A DNA stretch of 64,000 nucleotides from Thermoproteota archaeon (GCA_029887795.1 JARXPE010000002.1:8904-72903); one strand, 5' to 3'. Shown: positions 29,496 through 39,304, counted from the stretch's first letter. The notes: generated by a model from the letters alone, not told the origin. Made by a program: numbers and translations.

Positions 29496-30332
29496 TCATA
29501 ACTCGATAGAAAATTGAACCCCTCTGGGACCTAATAGTGTCAGATAAGCATCAGGGACTTCCACAACGCAAATGCCCTTTATGTGCCCTAACTTGGCGAT
29601 CCCAAACTGTAGCGGAAGTGCTGTCCCATTTATAGCAATATGTGATGGACGACCATTCATCAGACCCAATATTCCAGAATAAGTCACTTCAATGTAACAT
29701 CCGCCATCATTGTATAAAACTGTATCAGAAAGTACGTAAACGCCGACCACTTCGACCTCGAGATAAGATGTCCCTTTGTCTCTGGCCATAATGGAAAAAG
29801 CTGGAATGAAGTCCTCATCAAGAAAAAGTGTTGAGACGTTATAGTCCTTAGATGGAGATACTGCCCTCCAGACACGTGTGGAGGTACATTCATAGATCTC
29901 TCCCAAGGTTCTGGAGGTTCGGTGGAGGGCGTATTCTAACGGGGCTGCGGTGCATAATAGGATAGATCTTGATCCATCAGGAGTTATCACGACCAGACCA
30001 ACTCCGACCGTATCTTCGGGGGCGCCTGCCATCGGCTCCTCCAGCGTCTTGTTCACCAAGCACCTGATTCCTGCAATCGGCACAGAGTCATTGAGCAGTC
30101 TTGTCGGCGCATTGGGCAGTCTTATTAAAGTTTGGGCGGGGAAGCTCTGCACATCCCTCAGTTTCAACTCCACTGATCCCATCATAAAAGGACCAAAAAA
30201 TAGGTCGGCTCTGGAGCATCTCCTGCCATCATAGGAATACAGGACTGTAGGGTTCATAACTGCAAGGATTGTTAGGAGAAGCGGAACTAAGACAATGAAT
30301 AACGATACTTTTTTAGAATACAAATAACTCAA
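29496..30332 (-). CDS. Hypothetical secreted or membrane-anchored protein
   Basis: N-terminal KK plus hydrophobic helix, beta-rich remainder; first gene of a tightly packed operon. Confidence 0.7.
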   Translation of the reverse strand: MSYLYSKKVSLFIVLVPLLLTILAVMNPTVLYSYDGRRCSRADLFFGPFMMGSVELKLRDVQSFPAQTLIRLPNAPTRLLNDSVPIAGIRCLVNKTLEEPMAGAPEDTVGVGLVVITPDGSRSILLCTAAPLEYALHRTSRTLGEIYECTSTRVWRAVSPSKDYNVSTLFLDEDFIPAFSIMARDKGTSYLEVEVVGVYVLSDTVLYNDGGCYIEVTYSGILGLMNGRPSHIAINGTALPLQFGIAKLGHIKGICVVEVPDAYLTLLGPRGVQFSIEL

Positions 30333-30619
30333 CGCAAGCCCCCCAGAAAAGGTCAGGTATTTAACCTCGTCGGGGGGAAGAATCTGCTGTGGAAATTTCC
30401 TGTAGATTGAAAGACAATGGCTTGAGTTTTAAGAGTTTTTAACATTAGAAGGGGGCACAATTAAGAGGGGACATAGAATTTTGGTCTGATCTGATATTTA
30501 AGAAAAAGTTTTATTGAAAATTTTATTGAAGGGAAAACTACCTCAACTTTAGGCGAGCACCTACTCAAATCTTATATATGAGCGTTCATTATTTCATTCT
30601 CAAATTTGAGGGTGAGAAA

Positions 30620-32080
30620 TTGGCTAGAGGAAATAAAGAAATTCTTGCCAAGCTCGAGCAGATCGTTGGACCGGAATACGTGAGCAACGAAGAAGCCAAC
30701 CTAATACCGTATTCCTGGGATTTGACATGGGCCGAGCCGAGAATGCCAGACTATGTCGTGATGCCAAAGACCGTCACAGAGATCCAGAGAATTCTGCGGC
30801 TTGCAAACCACCAGAAGATCCCGGTGATCCCATACGTGAACGCCACTAACATTGGCGGGCTCTGCGTGCCCGAAGAGGGCGGCATAATAATGGACCTCAA
30901 GAGGATGGATCAGATCATCAAGATTGATCCAGAGACTTGCTATGCAGTCATAGAGCCAGGCGTGAGCCATGCCCAATTATCTGCGGCGCTTAAGGCAACA
31001 AATCCACAATGGGAAGGTGTGGAATTCTCTAAAGGTTTTGAGTTCGGCTGGGGAGTACACCCAGCATCAGCATCAGTCTTAGCCATGGCAATAAACCACG
31101 GCATCGGACATCTAAACGGGAGATTAGGGATAAACAGCCAGCTCCTTTCTAGCATGGAAGTGGTTCTGCCCACTGCAGAGGTAGTCAAGATCGGATCCTG
31201 CGCATACTCCGACTCTTGGCACTCATTCTTGCCACTTCCTAGGATGGATGGCCTCTTCACCGGTTGGATGGGCACGACAGGTATCGTCACAAAGCTCGGC
31301 TTATGGATCTTCCCGATAAGGCCATACAGGGATGTGTTGACCATAGCGGCGGCTAGTGCCAAGGACATAACGAAGTACATGGTTCACTGGCGTCACTACT
31401 CGCTCTGTGACGAAGTCACCGCGGTGAGCTGGTGGCTTGCTCAGATCCCAATCACGTTCCCGTACAAGGACAAGCCCAAAGACGCGCCGGAGTTCTTCAG
31501 CTACACAGTGATCAGCGGATGGACAGAGGAAGAGCTAGAGTACAAGCGCAAGATGTGGAAGAAAGTTGTGCAAGAGGAGAAGGCAAGAGGGACACAATTG
31601 ATAGACTTTGAATATCCTGAAGAGGCGAAGAGAGGAAGGACCGAGCTACCGAGCAGGATCGTAGGCTCAACTAAGAACTACTCCAAGTCATGTGGTGGAG
31701 GACTTGCTTGGCCAGGAACCTTTGCGCCTTGCAAGAGCTGGCCAATCCTGTACGAGAAGTGGAAGGAGATATACATCAGACACGGTCTATCGCCAGCCAC
31801 CAGGTTCACAGATTACCAAGGCGCTCACTACGGTATGCTCAGGTGCATGACTCCCTTCGACAAGAGGAACCCAGAGTCAGTCAAGGCAGCAAGGGACGCC
31901 ATGGTTGAGTGCGTAAGGGCTGGAATTCCATTGGGTATGCTACCGTACAAGCCACCAGTGGAGTACATGAATGAGTTGAATGCTGCTGCAGACGCTGGAT
32001 ATGTCTACCTCATGACTAAAATAAAGGACATGTTGGATCCAAACAACATCATGAACCCAGGCAAGCTAGGGGTTAGATAA
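30620..32080 (+). CDS. FAD-binding oxidoreductase (GlcD/VAO-PCMH superfamily)
   Basis: PDYVV.P, DLKRMD.I, IEPGV, EVVLP, GIVTK and the C-terminal DPNNIMNPGK. GGTGAG SD favours TTG 30620. Confidence 0.9.
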   Translation: MARGNKEILAKLEQIVGPEYVSNEEANLIPYSWDLTWAEPRMPDYVVMPKTVTEIQRILRLANHQKIPVIPYVNATNIGGLCVPEEGGIIMDLKRMDQIIKIDPETCYAVIEPGVSHAQLSAALKATNPQWEGVEFSKGFEFGWGVHPASASVLAMAINHGIGHLNGRLGINSQLLSSMEVVLPTAEVVKIGSCAYSDSWHSFLPLPRMDGLFTGWMGTTGIVTKLGLWIFPIRPYRDVLTIAAASAKDITKYMVHWRHYSLCDEVTAVSWWLAQIPITFPYKDKPKDAPEFFSYTVISGWTEEELEYKRKMWKKVVQEEKARGTQLIDFEYPEEAKRGRTELPSRIVGSTKNYSKSCGGGLAWPGTFAPCKSWPILYEKWKEIYIRHGLSPATRFTDYQGAHYGMLRCMTPFDKRNPESVKAARDAMVECVRAGIPLGMLPYKPPVEYMNELNAAADAGYVYLMTKIKDMLDPNNIMNPGKLGVR

Positions 32081-32094
32081 GGGGGGCAATATCA

Positions 32095-33336
32095 ATGGCA
32101 CTTGAATTGAAGAACACTTCACTTAAAGAATTAGCGAAACTCTACGATTACATTTCAATGTGCACCCACTGTGGAAACTGCAAGTATGGATATGAGTGGG
32201 GCAAGACAGGAAACTTTGCAGCGATGTTATGCGTCCAAGGCGACAAGTACAACTTCGACTCATATAGGGGCAGCAGAGGAAAGGCTGCAATAGCAAAAGG
32301 TCTGCTCAGCAACAAGTTACAATGGTCTGATGCGGTTTCACATGTTCTCTTCACGTGTACTGGATGCGGTGCTTGCCAACAGATGTGTGAGACCGACATA
32401 AAGCCTTACATCTTGAGGATGTTTGAGGCCCTCAGAAGTGAGGCATGGAAGCAGAACGTAGCCATACCAGAAGGTATAAAGAAGTGGAGCTCCACTATAG
32501 GCGTAAACCGCAACCCATACCTAGAGAAGCACGAGAACCGACTTGACTGGTTGCCCAGCAGCATCAGATCCTCGCTCCCGAAGAAGGCAGAGTACATTTA
32601 TTTCGCGGGCTGCACAGCCTCCTACAGGCAGAAGAGTGTGGCACTAGCCACAGTAAAACTGCTTCAGAAACTCAAGGTGGACTTTACCGTCTCAGAGGAT
32701 GAGTGGTGCTGTGCCTCACCGTTGCTCAGGACGGGACAGTATGACCTAGCAAAGGAGTTCGTGGAGCATAACAAGGAGCTCCCCGAAAAGTACGGTGCGA
32801 GTGGCTTCATCACCACATGCGCAGGTTGCTACAGGACCCTTTCAAGGGACTACAAGATGGATCCGCCAGAGGGCTACATTGACAAGTTCGGCAAGATGGA
32901 GAACGTAAAGGTCGTGCACACAATCCAGCTAATAGAGGAGATGCTCAACAAGGGCGAGATTGAGTTCACCGGAAGCTTCAACAGCACTGTCACTTACCAC
33001 GACCCGTGCCACCTCGGCAGGCACGCTGAGGTGTACGAGGCGCCACGCAACGTCCTCAAGGCAATCCCCGGCGTTAACTTGGTCGAGATGTACCGCAACA
33101 GAAAGTTCTCGTTCTGCTGCGGCGCAGGCGGCGGTGTGAGAGGCGGATTTGCGGACTATTCCCTAGAAACTTCGGCGAAGCGCGTACGAGAGGCTGAGTC
33201 CACGGGCGCATCGGTACTAACGAGCACATGTCCATTCTGCTGGAGAAACCTCACCGACGCCATTGAGATGACAAAGTCTCCACTCAAAATGGTGGACATC
33301 GTAGAGATACTCGAGCCAATCGTCAAGCGGAAATAA
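32095..33336 (+). CDS. Fe-S oxidoreductase (GlcF/HdrD-like, CCG domains)
   Basis: CTHCGNC and CTGCGAC ferredoxin motifs; CCG-domain motifs GC, WCC, CAGC, YHDPCHLGR, CCGAGGG and CPFC. Confidence 0.92.
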   Translation: MALELKNTSLKELAKLYDYISMCTHCGNCKYGYEWGKTGNFAAMLCVQGDKYNFDSYRGSRGKAAIAKGLLSNKLQWSDAVSHVLFTCTGCGACQQMCETDIKPYILRMFEALRSEAWKQNVAIPEGIKKWSSTIGVNRNPYLEKHENRLDWLPSSIRSSLPKKAEYIYFAGCTASYRQKSVALATVKLLQKLKVDFTVSEDEWCCASPLLRTGQYDLAKEFVEHNKELPEKYGASGFITTCAGCYRTLSRDYKMDPPEGYIDKFGKMENVKVVHTIQLIEEMLNKGEIEFTGSFNSTVTYHDPCHLGRHAEVYEAPRNVLKAIPGVNLVEMYRNRKFSFCCGAGGGVRGGFADYSLETSAKRVREAESTGASVLTSTCPFCWRNLTDAIEMTKSPLKMVDIVEILEPIVKRK

Positions 33337-33356
33337 AAATCAAGGCATAAATATCC

Positions 33357-33373
33357 TTTTTATTTTTTCTTGT
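33357..33373 (+). terminator. Oligo-T archaeal terminator candidate
   Basis: TTTTTATTTTTTCTTGT directly after the Fe-S protein gene. Confidence 0.4.
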
Positions 33374-33400
33374 TAAAGAAATTTTGCTGACGGCCTGATT

Positions 33401-34450
33401 ATGAATTTCAAGATCCTGAACGGGCCACTGGATCCGGATGAGAGGGAGGCTTACATACAAAGAAAAATCCTCGCTTGTGAAAACGGCTACAGTGGCATCC
33501 CCTTCAAGGATCCTGTTTGTGGCATGTTATCAGAGCTTAACCTCCCTATCAACTACATTAAAAATCAGGTCGAGCCTTGGTTAACGCCAACACCTCCTTT
33601 TGACATGCTCTTCATGCTGACGGTGGAGAACTTTGTCACATTTATAGATGCTAATGGATGCCTAGATTATGCAAAAGAAATAAACAAAAAAGTGAAGAGC
33701 GATGTGCTTCCGGACATGCCCGTGCTATTTGGGGTTGATCACTCCTTATCTGGTGGCGTGGTTAATGCCCTATGTGACGAGTACGGCGGCGAAAACCTTA
33801 GACTTATTGTATTCGACAGTCACTTCGACTTTATACCTCCCACCATAAGATGTGGACTAATACAGTATGATCTGGAGAACAACCCGGAAACTAAGTTTTC
33901 GCCCAAGGATCCTTACATCTATAACAGACCGGATAGCTACAATGCCGACTCTTTCCTCGGCTACCTTACAAAGAAAATTCCTATGGAGAACATGTACATA
34001 GTAGGTGTATCGGACTATCCCCCCAGGGTAGCCGAGGAGATTGAGGATGAAAGGGTTAGGAGGTACGTTGAATTCTACAAAGGAATCGAGTCCTCTGGGG
34101 TGCATGTGATAAAGAAAGAAGATATTCAAAAAGACTTGCAATCGGTTATTTCCATTCTCTCAAGGACGAATTTGCCCCTCACCTATGTTTCTGTGGATGT
34201 GGATGTATGTGCAAACACATCAATCAAGGGGGCCAGATTTTTGGACTACTCCGGGATCTCGCAGAGAGATCTTTATGGTCTGATCTCCTCCATATCAAAG
34301 TCGAATTCTAAGATAATTGGTGTGGACTTCATGGAATTCGACGTTTACACCGCGGGATCCCTTAGCGCTGGTAGGCAAGATAGGACTTACGCCATAATGG
34401 CAGAATCGTTTAGGAGGATGGTATTTAAAAATAGACAAAAGTCGAATTAA
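33401..34450 (+). CDS. Divergent arginase/agmatinase (ureohydrolase) family protein
   Basis: GVDHS, FDSHFD, SVDVD and DFME motifs. Confidence 0.75.
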   Translation: MNFKILNGPLDPDEREAYIQRKILACENGYSGIPFKDPVCGMLSELNLPINYIKNQVEPWLTPTPPFDMLFMLTVENFVTFIDANGCLDYAKEINKKVKSDVLPDMPVLFGVDHSLSGGVVNALCDEYGGENLRLIVFDSHFDFIPPTIRCGLIQYDLENNPETKFSPKDPYIYNRPDSYNADSFLGYLTKKIPMENMYIVGVSDYPPRVAEEIEDERVRRYVEFYKGIESSGVHVIKKEDIQKDLQSVISILSRTNLPLTYVSVDVDVCANTSIKGARFLDYSGISQRDLYGLISSISKSNSKIIGVDFMEFDVYTAGSLSAGRQDRTYAIMAESFRRMVFKNRQKSN

Positions 34451-34514
34451 ATAACGATAATAGCCGAAGAAAAACATTATATACTTCGACAACAATCTAT
34501 TCTTTGGAGAAAAA

Positions 34515-34652
34515 ATGTCACTCCTAAAAGTAAGGCGCAGAATTTACAAAACTAGGAATCTTGGGCGAGGCAGAGGTAAAGTGAAGCCTATAAACCAGAG
34601 AATCTCTGCTCTTTGGGACAGCCCAATGGCGATATGGGAGCCCCAAGAGTAA
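34515..34652 (+). CDS. Putative small basic protein (45 aa), not in the ORF track
   Basis: MSLLKVRRRIYKTRNLGRGRGKVKPINQRISALWDSPMAIWEPQE*; preceded by AAAAACATTATATA (BRE/TATA-like) and GGAG. Confidence 0.45.
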   Translation: MSLLKVRRRIYKTRNLGRGRGKVKPINQRISALWDSPMAIWEPQE

Positions 34653-34696
34653 AGTACATATCCAGCCCGTCCTATATTTAGGTAGGGGTTTATTTC

Positions 34697-35533
34697 TTGA
34701 GCATTTTAGGAACAGTAAACCAGATAATTCCAACTTCATTGGCAGGCCTGGCCAATCTTGTTGTTTACATAATAATCCTAGTAATCATACTCTGGTTCCT
34801 GTCTTCTGCCATAAAGATTGTTAAGGAGTATGAGCGCGCCGTCATATTTAGGCTGGGACGACTCCTTGGGGCTAAGGGTCCAGGAATATTCTTCATAATA
34901 CCTTTCGTTGACTCTCTTAGGAAAGTGGATCTCAGGGTCCTGACGTTCGATGTGCCAAGACAGATGATAATAACAAAGGACAACGTCACAGTGCAGGTTG
35001 ACGCGGTGGTTTACTACAGGGTCTTTGACCCAGTAAAGGCAATAGTCCAGGTCGAAAACTACATGCTCTCCACAAACCTCCTCGCTCAGACTACCCTCCG
35101 AGATATACTCGGACAAGTGCAGCTTGACGACCTACTCACAAAGAGGGAAGAGCTAAACCAAAGGCTGCAGTCCACACTTGATATACCAACAGACGCATGG
35201 GGCATAAAGGTAACGGCAGTTGTGATAAAGGACGTGATCCTGCCAGAATCGCTCCAGAGGGCTATGGCAAAGCAGGCGGAGGCTGAGAGGGAGAGGAGAT
35301 CAAGGATAATAATAGCAGAGGGAGAGTACCAAGCGGCTCAGAAGATGAGCGAGGCTGCGGAACTCTATAAGAAGACGCCCATAGCGCTGAGGTTACGAGA
35401 GTTCCAGATGATATCCGAGGTTGCGAGGGAGAAGAACCTAATACTGGTGACCTCCACGGGAGGCACGACCGTTGCAGAATTTGCTGGTCTGGCAAAAGCT
35501 TTAGACAAGAAATCAGTGAGTACGGAGAAATAG
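34697..35533 (+). CDS. SPFH/band-7 stomatin-like protein (slipin)
   Basis: EYERAVIFRLGR, ITKDNV.V.VDAVVY, QTTLR and AMAKQAEAERERR. Confidence 0.95.
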   Translation: MSILGTVNQIIPTSLAGLANLVVYIIILVIILWFLSSAIKIVKEYERAVIFRLGRLLGAKGPGIFFIIPFVDSLRKVDLRVLTFDVPRQMIITKDNVTVQVDAVVYYRVFDPVKAIVQVENYMLSTNLLAQTTLRDILGQVQLDDLLTKREELNQRLQSTLDIPTDAWGIKVTAVVIKDVILPESLQRAMAKQAEAERERRSRIIIAEGEYQAAQKMSEAAELYKKTPIALRLREFQMISEVAREKNLILVTSTGGTTVAEFAGLAKALDKKSVSTEK

Positions 35534-35538
35534 ATGAG

Positions 35539-36858
35539 ATGGCAAGAAAATCCCTAACAATTTTTTTAATTCTTTCCCTGCTCATTGTGGTAACATCATC
35601 CTCTCCAGTAGTTGCTTATGGTGGAAAGGTCTTAGTTTTCAAAATCAGCGGCACCATCTCCATGGCTCATTCTGAGGCTTTGATTGATGCGCTCAGCGTG
35701 GCCCATCAAGAGGGTTACTCGGCAGTAGTACTCATGCTCTCGACTCCGGGCGGAAGCCTTGATTCAACGCTTCGAATGATCACTGCAATAGAGAACTCCC
35801 CTGTTCCTGTGGTAGGCTACGTGTATCCACCCGGAACGACGGCTTGGTCTGCTGGTACGTATCTATTGATGGCGACACATGTTGCCGCAATGGCGCCGCA
35901 CACAATAATAGGTTCCTGTCAACCGATAGCTTATTCGCCATTTGGTAGCGAGCCGGTTAATGATACAAAGATTCTTAACGCTGTTATTTCCGTCATGGCG
36001 ACTCAGGCGAGGGCACATGGAAGAAACGAGACTCTGGCGATCAGCTTTATCACCGAAAATGTAAACGTGAACGATGAACAGGCATATGCTCAGGGCGTAA
36101 TAGAATTCAGGGCGGAGAGCCTTGAGTCCCTACTGAAATTGATAAATGGTTTGGAGGTTAAAACGGCTGCCGGAACAGTAAAGTTGAACACCGAAGGAGC
36201 TGCCGTAACAGAGTATACCTTCAGGATTAGGGACAGTGTGATAAATGTGGTTTCCGACCCGACAATTTCGAGCCTCCTGTTTTTGATAGGAATCTTTGCG
36301 CTAATCTACGGACTCTCTGCGCCAGGGCATGGGGGAGAGATTCTGGGAGCGGCAGCCCTCCTTCTTGCTCTTATAGGGATGGGCTTCGACGTAAACATAG
36401 TCTCGTTAATAATGATGGCAGCAGGGGCGATCCTTTTGATTTATGAGCTTGCCACACCTGGATTTGGGGTCTTCGGCTTCTCAGGAATAATACTTCTCAC
36501 AATAGGTGCTCTCTTCATAGTGCCGTTCAGCCCTGAGAAGTGGGCGATCTCGGGAGAGTGGTATGCCACATTTACATACTCCATTGTTGCGGCAACACTT
36601 GTAATCGCAGGGATATTTCTGTTTGCCATTATAAAGATACTACAAGTTAGGCGAAGACCGCCTCTCATAGGGAGGATCATAGGCGAGGTTTTAACTTCAA
36701 CGGAGGATGCGCCACCTAACGAGGTAGCTTTCATTACCTACAGGGGCGAGTACTGGCAGGCAAAATGCAATACAGGGCTAAAGAGAGGCAAGAAGTACAA
36801 GATTGTTGGTAAGGAAGGCCCTGTTCTGATACTCGAGGAGATCCTAGAGTCCACCTAA
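35539..36858 (+). CDS. nfeD: NfeD / stomatin-operon partner serine protease
   Basis: TPGG, AWSAG (catalytic Ser), AAMAP.T.IG and DTK; TM region and C-terminal OB domain (GEYW). Confidence 0.92.
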   Translation: MARKSLTIFLILSLLIVVTSSSPVVAYGGKVLVFKISGTISMAHSEALIDALSVAHQEGYSAVVLMLSTPGGSLDSTLRMITAIENSPVPVVGYVYPPGTTAWSAGTYLLMATHVAAMAPHTIIGSCQPIAYSPFGSEPVNDTKILNAVISVMATQARAHGRNETLAISFITENVNVNDEQAYAQGVIEFRAESLESLLKLINGLEVKTAAGTVKLNTEGAAVTEYTFRIRDSVINVVSDPTISSLLFLIGIFALIYGLSAPGHGGEILGAAALLLALIGMGFDVNIVSLIMMAAGAILLIYELATPGFGVFGFSGIILLTIGALFIVPFSPEKWAISGEWYATFTYSIVAATLVIAGIFLFAIIKILQVRRRPPLIGRIIGEVLTSTEDAPPNEVAFITYRGEYWQAKCNTGLKRGKKYKIVGKEGPVLILEEILEST

Positions 36859-36904
36859 CTTTTTCGAGAAGTTTTTTAGTATCCCTTTCCCTTATAGAAT
36901 TTTA

Positions 36905-37672
36905 GTGATTGAAATGGTTTTTACCGTGGATGGAGTCTCAATCATGGAGACAACCGAGATCAAGGCAAAAAATCCAGTTTTAATGTGCGGCCTGCCAGAC
37001 GTCGGTCTGGTGGGGATAATTGCGGTATCACATATAATAAAGGGGCTGGAGATGAAGGAGGTAGCCCACATAGACTCGGACATCTTTCCGCCGGTTGTGG
37101 TATTCCATCAAGGAATACCAACTTACCCTCTAAGGATATACCAAAAAGACGACCTGCTGGCTCTCTTCTCCGAAACCGCCCTCTCGCCAGAGTCTATATA
37201 CCCTCTCTCCAAAGCCATTGTGGAGTGGGCAAAATCGAAAAATGCATCCCTTCTCGTGTCACTGGGCGGGATCGGCGTCCCTAACAGGATCGACATAGAG
37301 ACCCCGAAGGTATATGGGGCATCGAATATGCAGTACATAAGGGACAGCATAAGGAAGTTCGAGATCCCCGTGATGGAGGAGGGGTTTCTAGTCGGACCCT
37401 ACGCACTAATGGCGAAGTTCTCCATACATCAGAACCTCCCAAACCTTCTCCTCATGGCAGAGTCATACCCCCAGTACCCTGACCCAGGGGCTGCTGCCTC
37501 GGTCATATCCGCCTTGAATAAGTTCGTTCCTATAAACGTCGATGTCAAGGCGCTGATAGAGCGTTCCGAAGAGATCAGGCTCAACGCCAGGGAACTGATG
37601 AGAAAGACCGCTGAGAACCTGAAGAGAATGGGCAAATCCCAAGAGTATGAGCTCCCGCTGATGTACGTTTGA
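36905..37672 (+). CDS. PAC2-family proteasome assembly chaperone (Pba-like) with C-terminal HbYX
   Basis: GLPDVGLVG.IA, P.R.Y and YPDP.AA motifs; C-terminus ...LMYV. Confidence 0.9.
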   Translation: MIEMVFTVDGVSIMETTEIKAKNPVLMCGLPDVGLVGIIAVSHIIKGLEMKEVAHIDSDIFPPVVVFHQGIPTYPLRIYQKDDLLALFSETALSPESIYPLSKAIVEWAKSKNASLLVSLGGIGVPNRIDIETPKVYGASNMQYIRDSIRKFEIPVMEEGFLVGPYALMAKFSIHQNLPNLLLMAESYPQYPDPGAAASVISALNKFVPINVDVKALIERSEEIRLNARELMRKTAENLKRMGKSQEYELPLMYV

Positions 37673-37673
37673 G

Positions 37674-38081
37674 GTGGTCTACTTGAGTATCAATAAAAAG
37701 TCAGGCAGAGAACGGACGGACTTCTGGATCACAGAAGTCATGTGGGACTCTACAAGAGGTTGCCTCGAACCACTCACCGAAGTCTATGACAACGAGAACG
37801 AGCTCATCATAAGAATCGACATGCCTTGTGTCCGGCGAAAATCAGACATTAAAGTTCATCTGACCGATGATACGGTCTCAATAGAGGCCCAGATGAATAG
37901 GGTGATACAGTATGAGAGGTGGGGCACTTTCCAGCGAGAGGCAAAGTTCTTCAGATATACGAAGACGTTTACCCTTCCAGCAAAGATAGACCCGGAATCC
38001 TCAAAGGCGCGGTTCAAGGATGGCATTCTCGAACTTCGATTACCCAAAAAGGAAAGGCGCTTTACCATACCAATCGAATGA
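37674..38081 (+). CDS. Small heat-shock protein Hsp20/alpha-crystallin
   Basis: EPL.EV, DMP.V, LP..IDP...KA.F.DGILE.RLPK and C-terminal IxI. Confidence 0.9.
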   Translation: MVYLSINKKSGRERTDFWITEVMWDSTRGCLEPLTEVYDNENELIIRIDMPCVRRKSDIKVHLTDDTVSIEAQMNRVIQYERWGTFQREAKFFRYTKTFTLPAKIDPESSKARFKDGILELRLPKKERRFTIPIE

Positions 38082-38158
38082 CCATTGTTTTTCTCAATAA
38101 CTAGAATAAATTTATTTTTTGTTGACATGTTAGGAAAAAGAAAATAAAAGACCAAGCT

Positions 38159-39304
38159 CTAACTCCTTACACCTTCTCTCCCACTTATTTCAGTCCATGA
38201 AGAGGAGAGTTTCTTCAAAACGTTAGTGATTATCGCAATACTGTCCAAATACTCCCTTATTGAAACATTTTCAATTGGAGTGTGATCCAATTTTGAGTTC
38301 CCTGGTCCATAAACCACCGATGAAATCTTAAATTTCCTCACGAAGTCATTCACATCGGCAGTTCCTGTCTTCCGCGAGAGTCTCCCATCCCTACCAGTTA
38401 CCTCCCTTATGCTCTCAAGGAAGGATCTCACGAGTAGAGATTGTTCGTTCTCAAGGTATGGCTCATTCTCGTCCAAAAATTCCAATTTTACATTTGCTCT
38501 CTCTTCCCTGAGCTTAAATTCTTTTATAATAGACATTAGTTTGTCCTTGATCTCTACAATGGTCATGGAGGGCGGCACCCGTACATCCACCAAAATCTCG
38601 CAGAACGACGGGACGGTGTTGTCCTCCCTTCCTCCCCTTATCCTCGTGACGCAAAGCGTCGGCGTCTCAAACAGATCGCCCCCTTTCCCTTTACTCCAAT
38701 CCTCACCCAGCCTCTGCAGCCTTTCTATAAGCCTAGTGGCTACGTAAATTGCGTTCTCAAAGAGCATCGGTGCACTCGCGTGACCTGGTGCGGTTTCACA
38801 TAGAATTCTGACTAGTATCCTTCCCTTGTAGCCAACTGTGAGTGCATAAGCCCCACTCGGCTCTCCAAATATGGCATAATCGTACTTCTCTTCACATCTC
38901 GAGAGAAAATGCCTCATGCCCCGGCTCTTCCCTTCTTCATCCACAACCGCCAGCACGGTCACCTTGCCTTTTCCTCCTTCCTCCATGTATTTCTTCGCAC
39001 CGCAAATTAAAGCCGCAAGTGGAGACTTCGCATCCACAGCACCCCTCCCGAATATGACCTTGCCCCTCTTTCTTGTCTTTATCTTGCCCCTCACGGTGTC
39101 CATATGCCCGCACAGTAGAACGCTGGGCCGACCTTCACCCAATGTGGCTTCAACATTACCAACCTCGTCCACCCTTACCCTGAAACCCAAGCACTCGAGC
39201 TCTTTCGATAGGTATGTGGAGATCTCTTTTTCCTTTCCGCTTGGGCTGTAGATCTCCAGAAGGTTGAGCAAAAGACGCTCCGGGTAACCTTCTTCCATCA
39301 TCAT
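38159..39304 (-). CDS. lysK: [LysW]-lysine/[LysW]-ornithine hydrolase (M20 family)
   Basis: GHMDTV, GRGAVDAK, DEE, GEPS and YGPG.S.LDHTP.E; last gene of the lys operon. Confidence 0.9.
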   Translation of the reverse strand: MMMEEGYPERLLLNLLEIYSPSGKEKEISTYLSKELECLGFRVRVDEVGNVEATLGEGRPSVLLCGHMDTVRGKIKTRKRGKVIFGRGAVDAKSPLAALICGAKKYMEEGGKGKVTVLAVVDEEGKSRGMRHFLSRCEEKYDYAIFGEPSGAYALTVGYKGRILVRILCETAPGHASAPMLFENAIYVATRLIERLQRLGEDWSKGKGGDLFETPTLCVTRIRGGREDNTVPSFCEILVDVRVPPSMTIVEIKDKLMSIIKEFKLREERANVKLEFLDENEPYLENEQSLLVRSFLESIREVTGRDGRLSRKTGTADVNDFVRKFKISSVVYGPGNSKLDHTPIENVSIREYLDSIAIITNVLKKLSSSWTEISGREGVRS

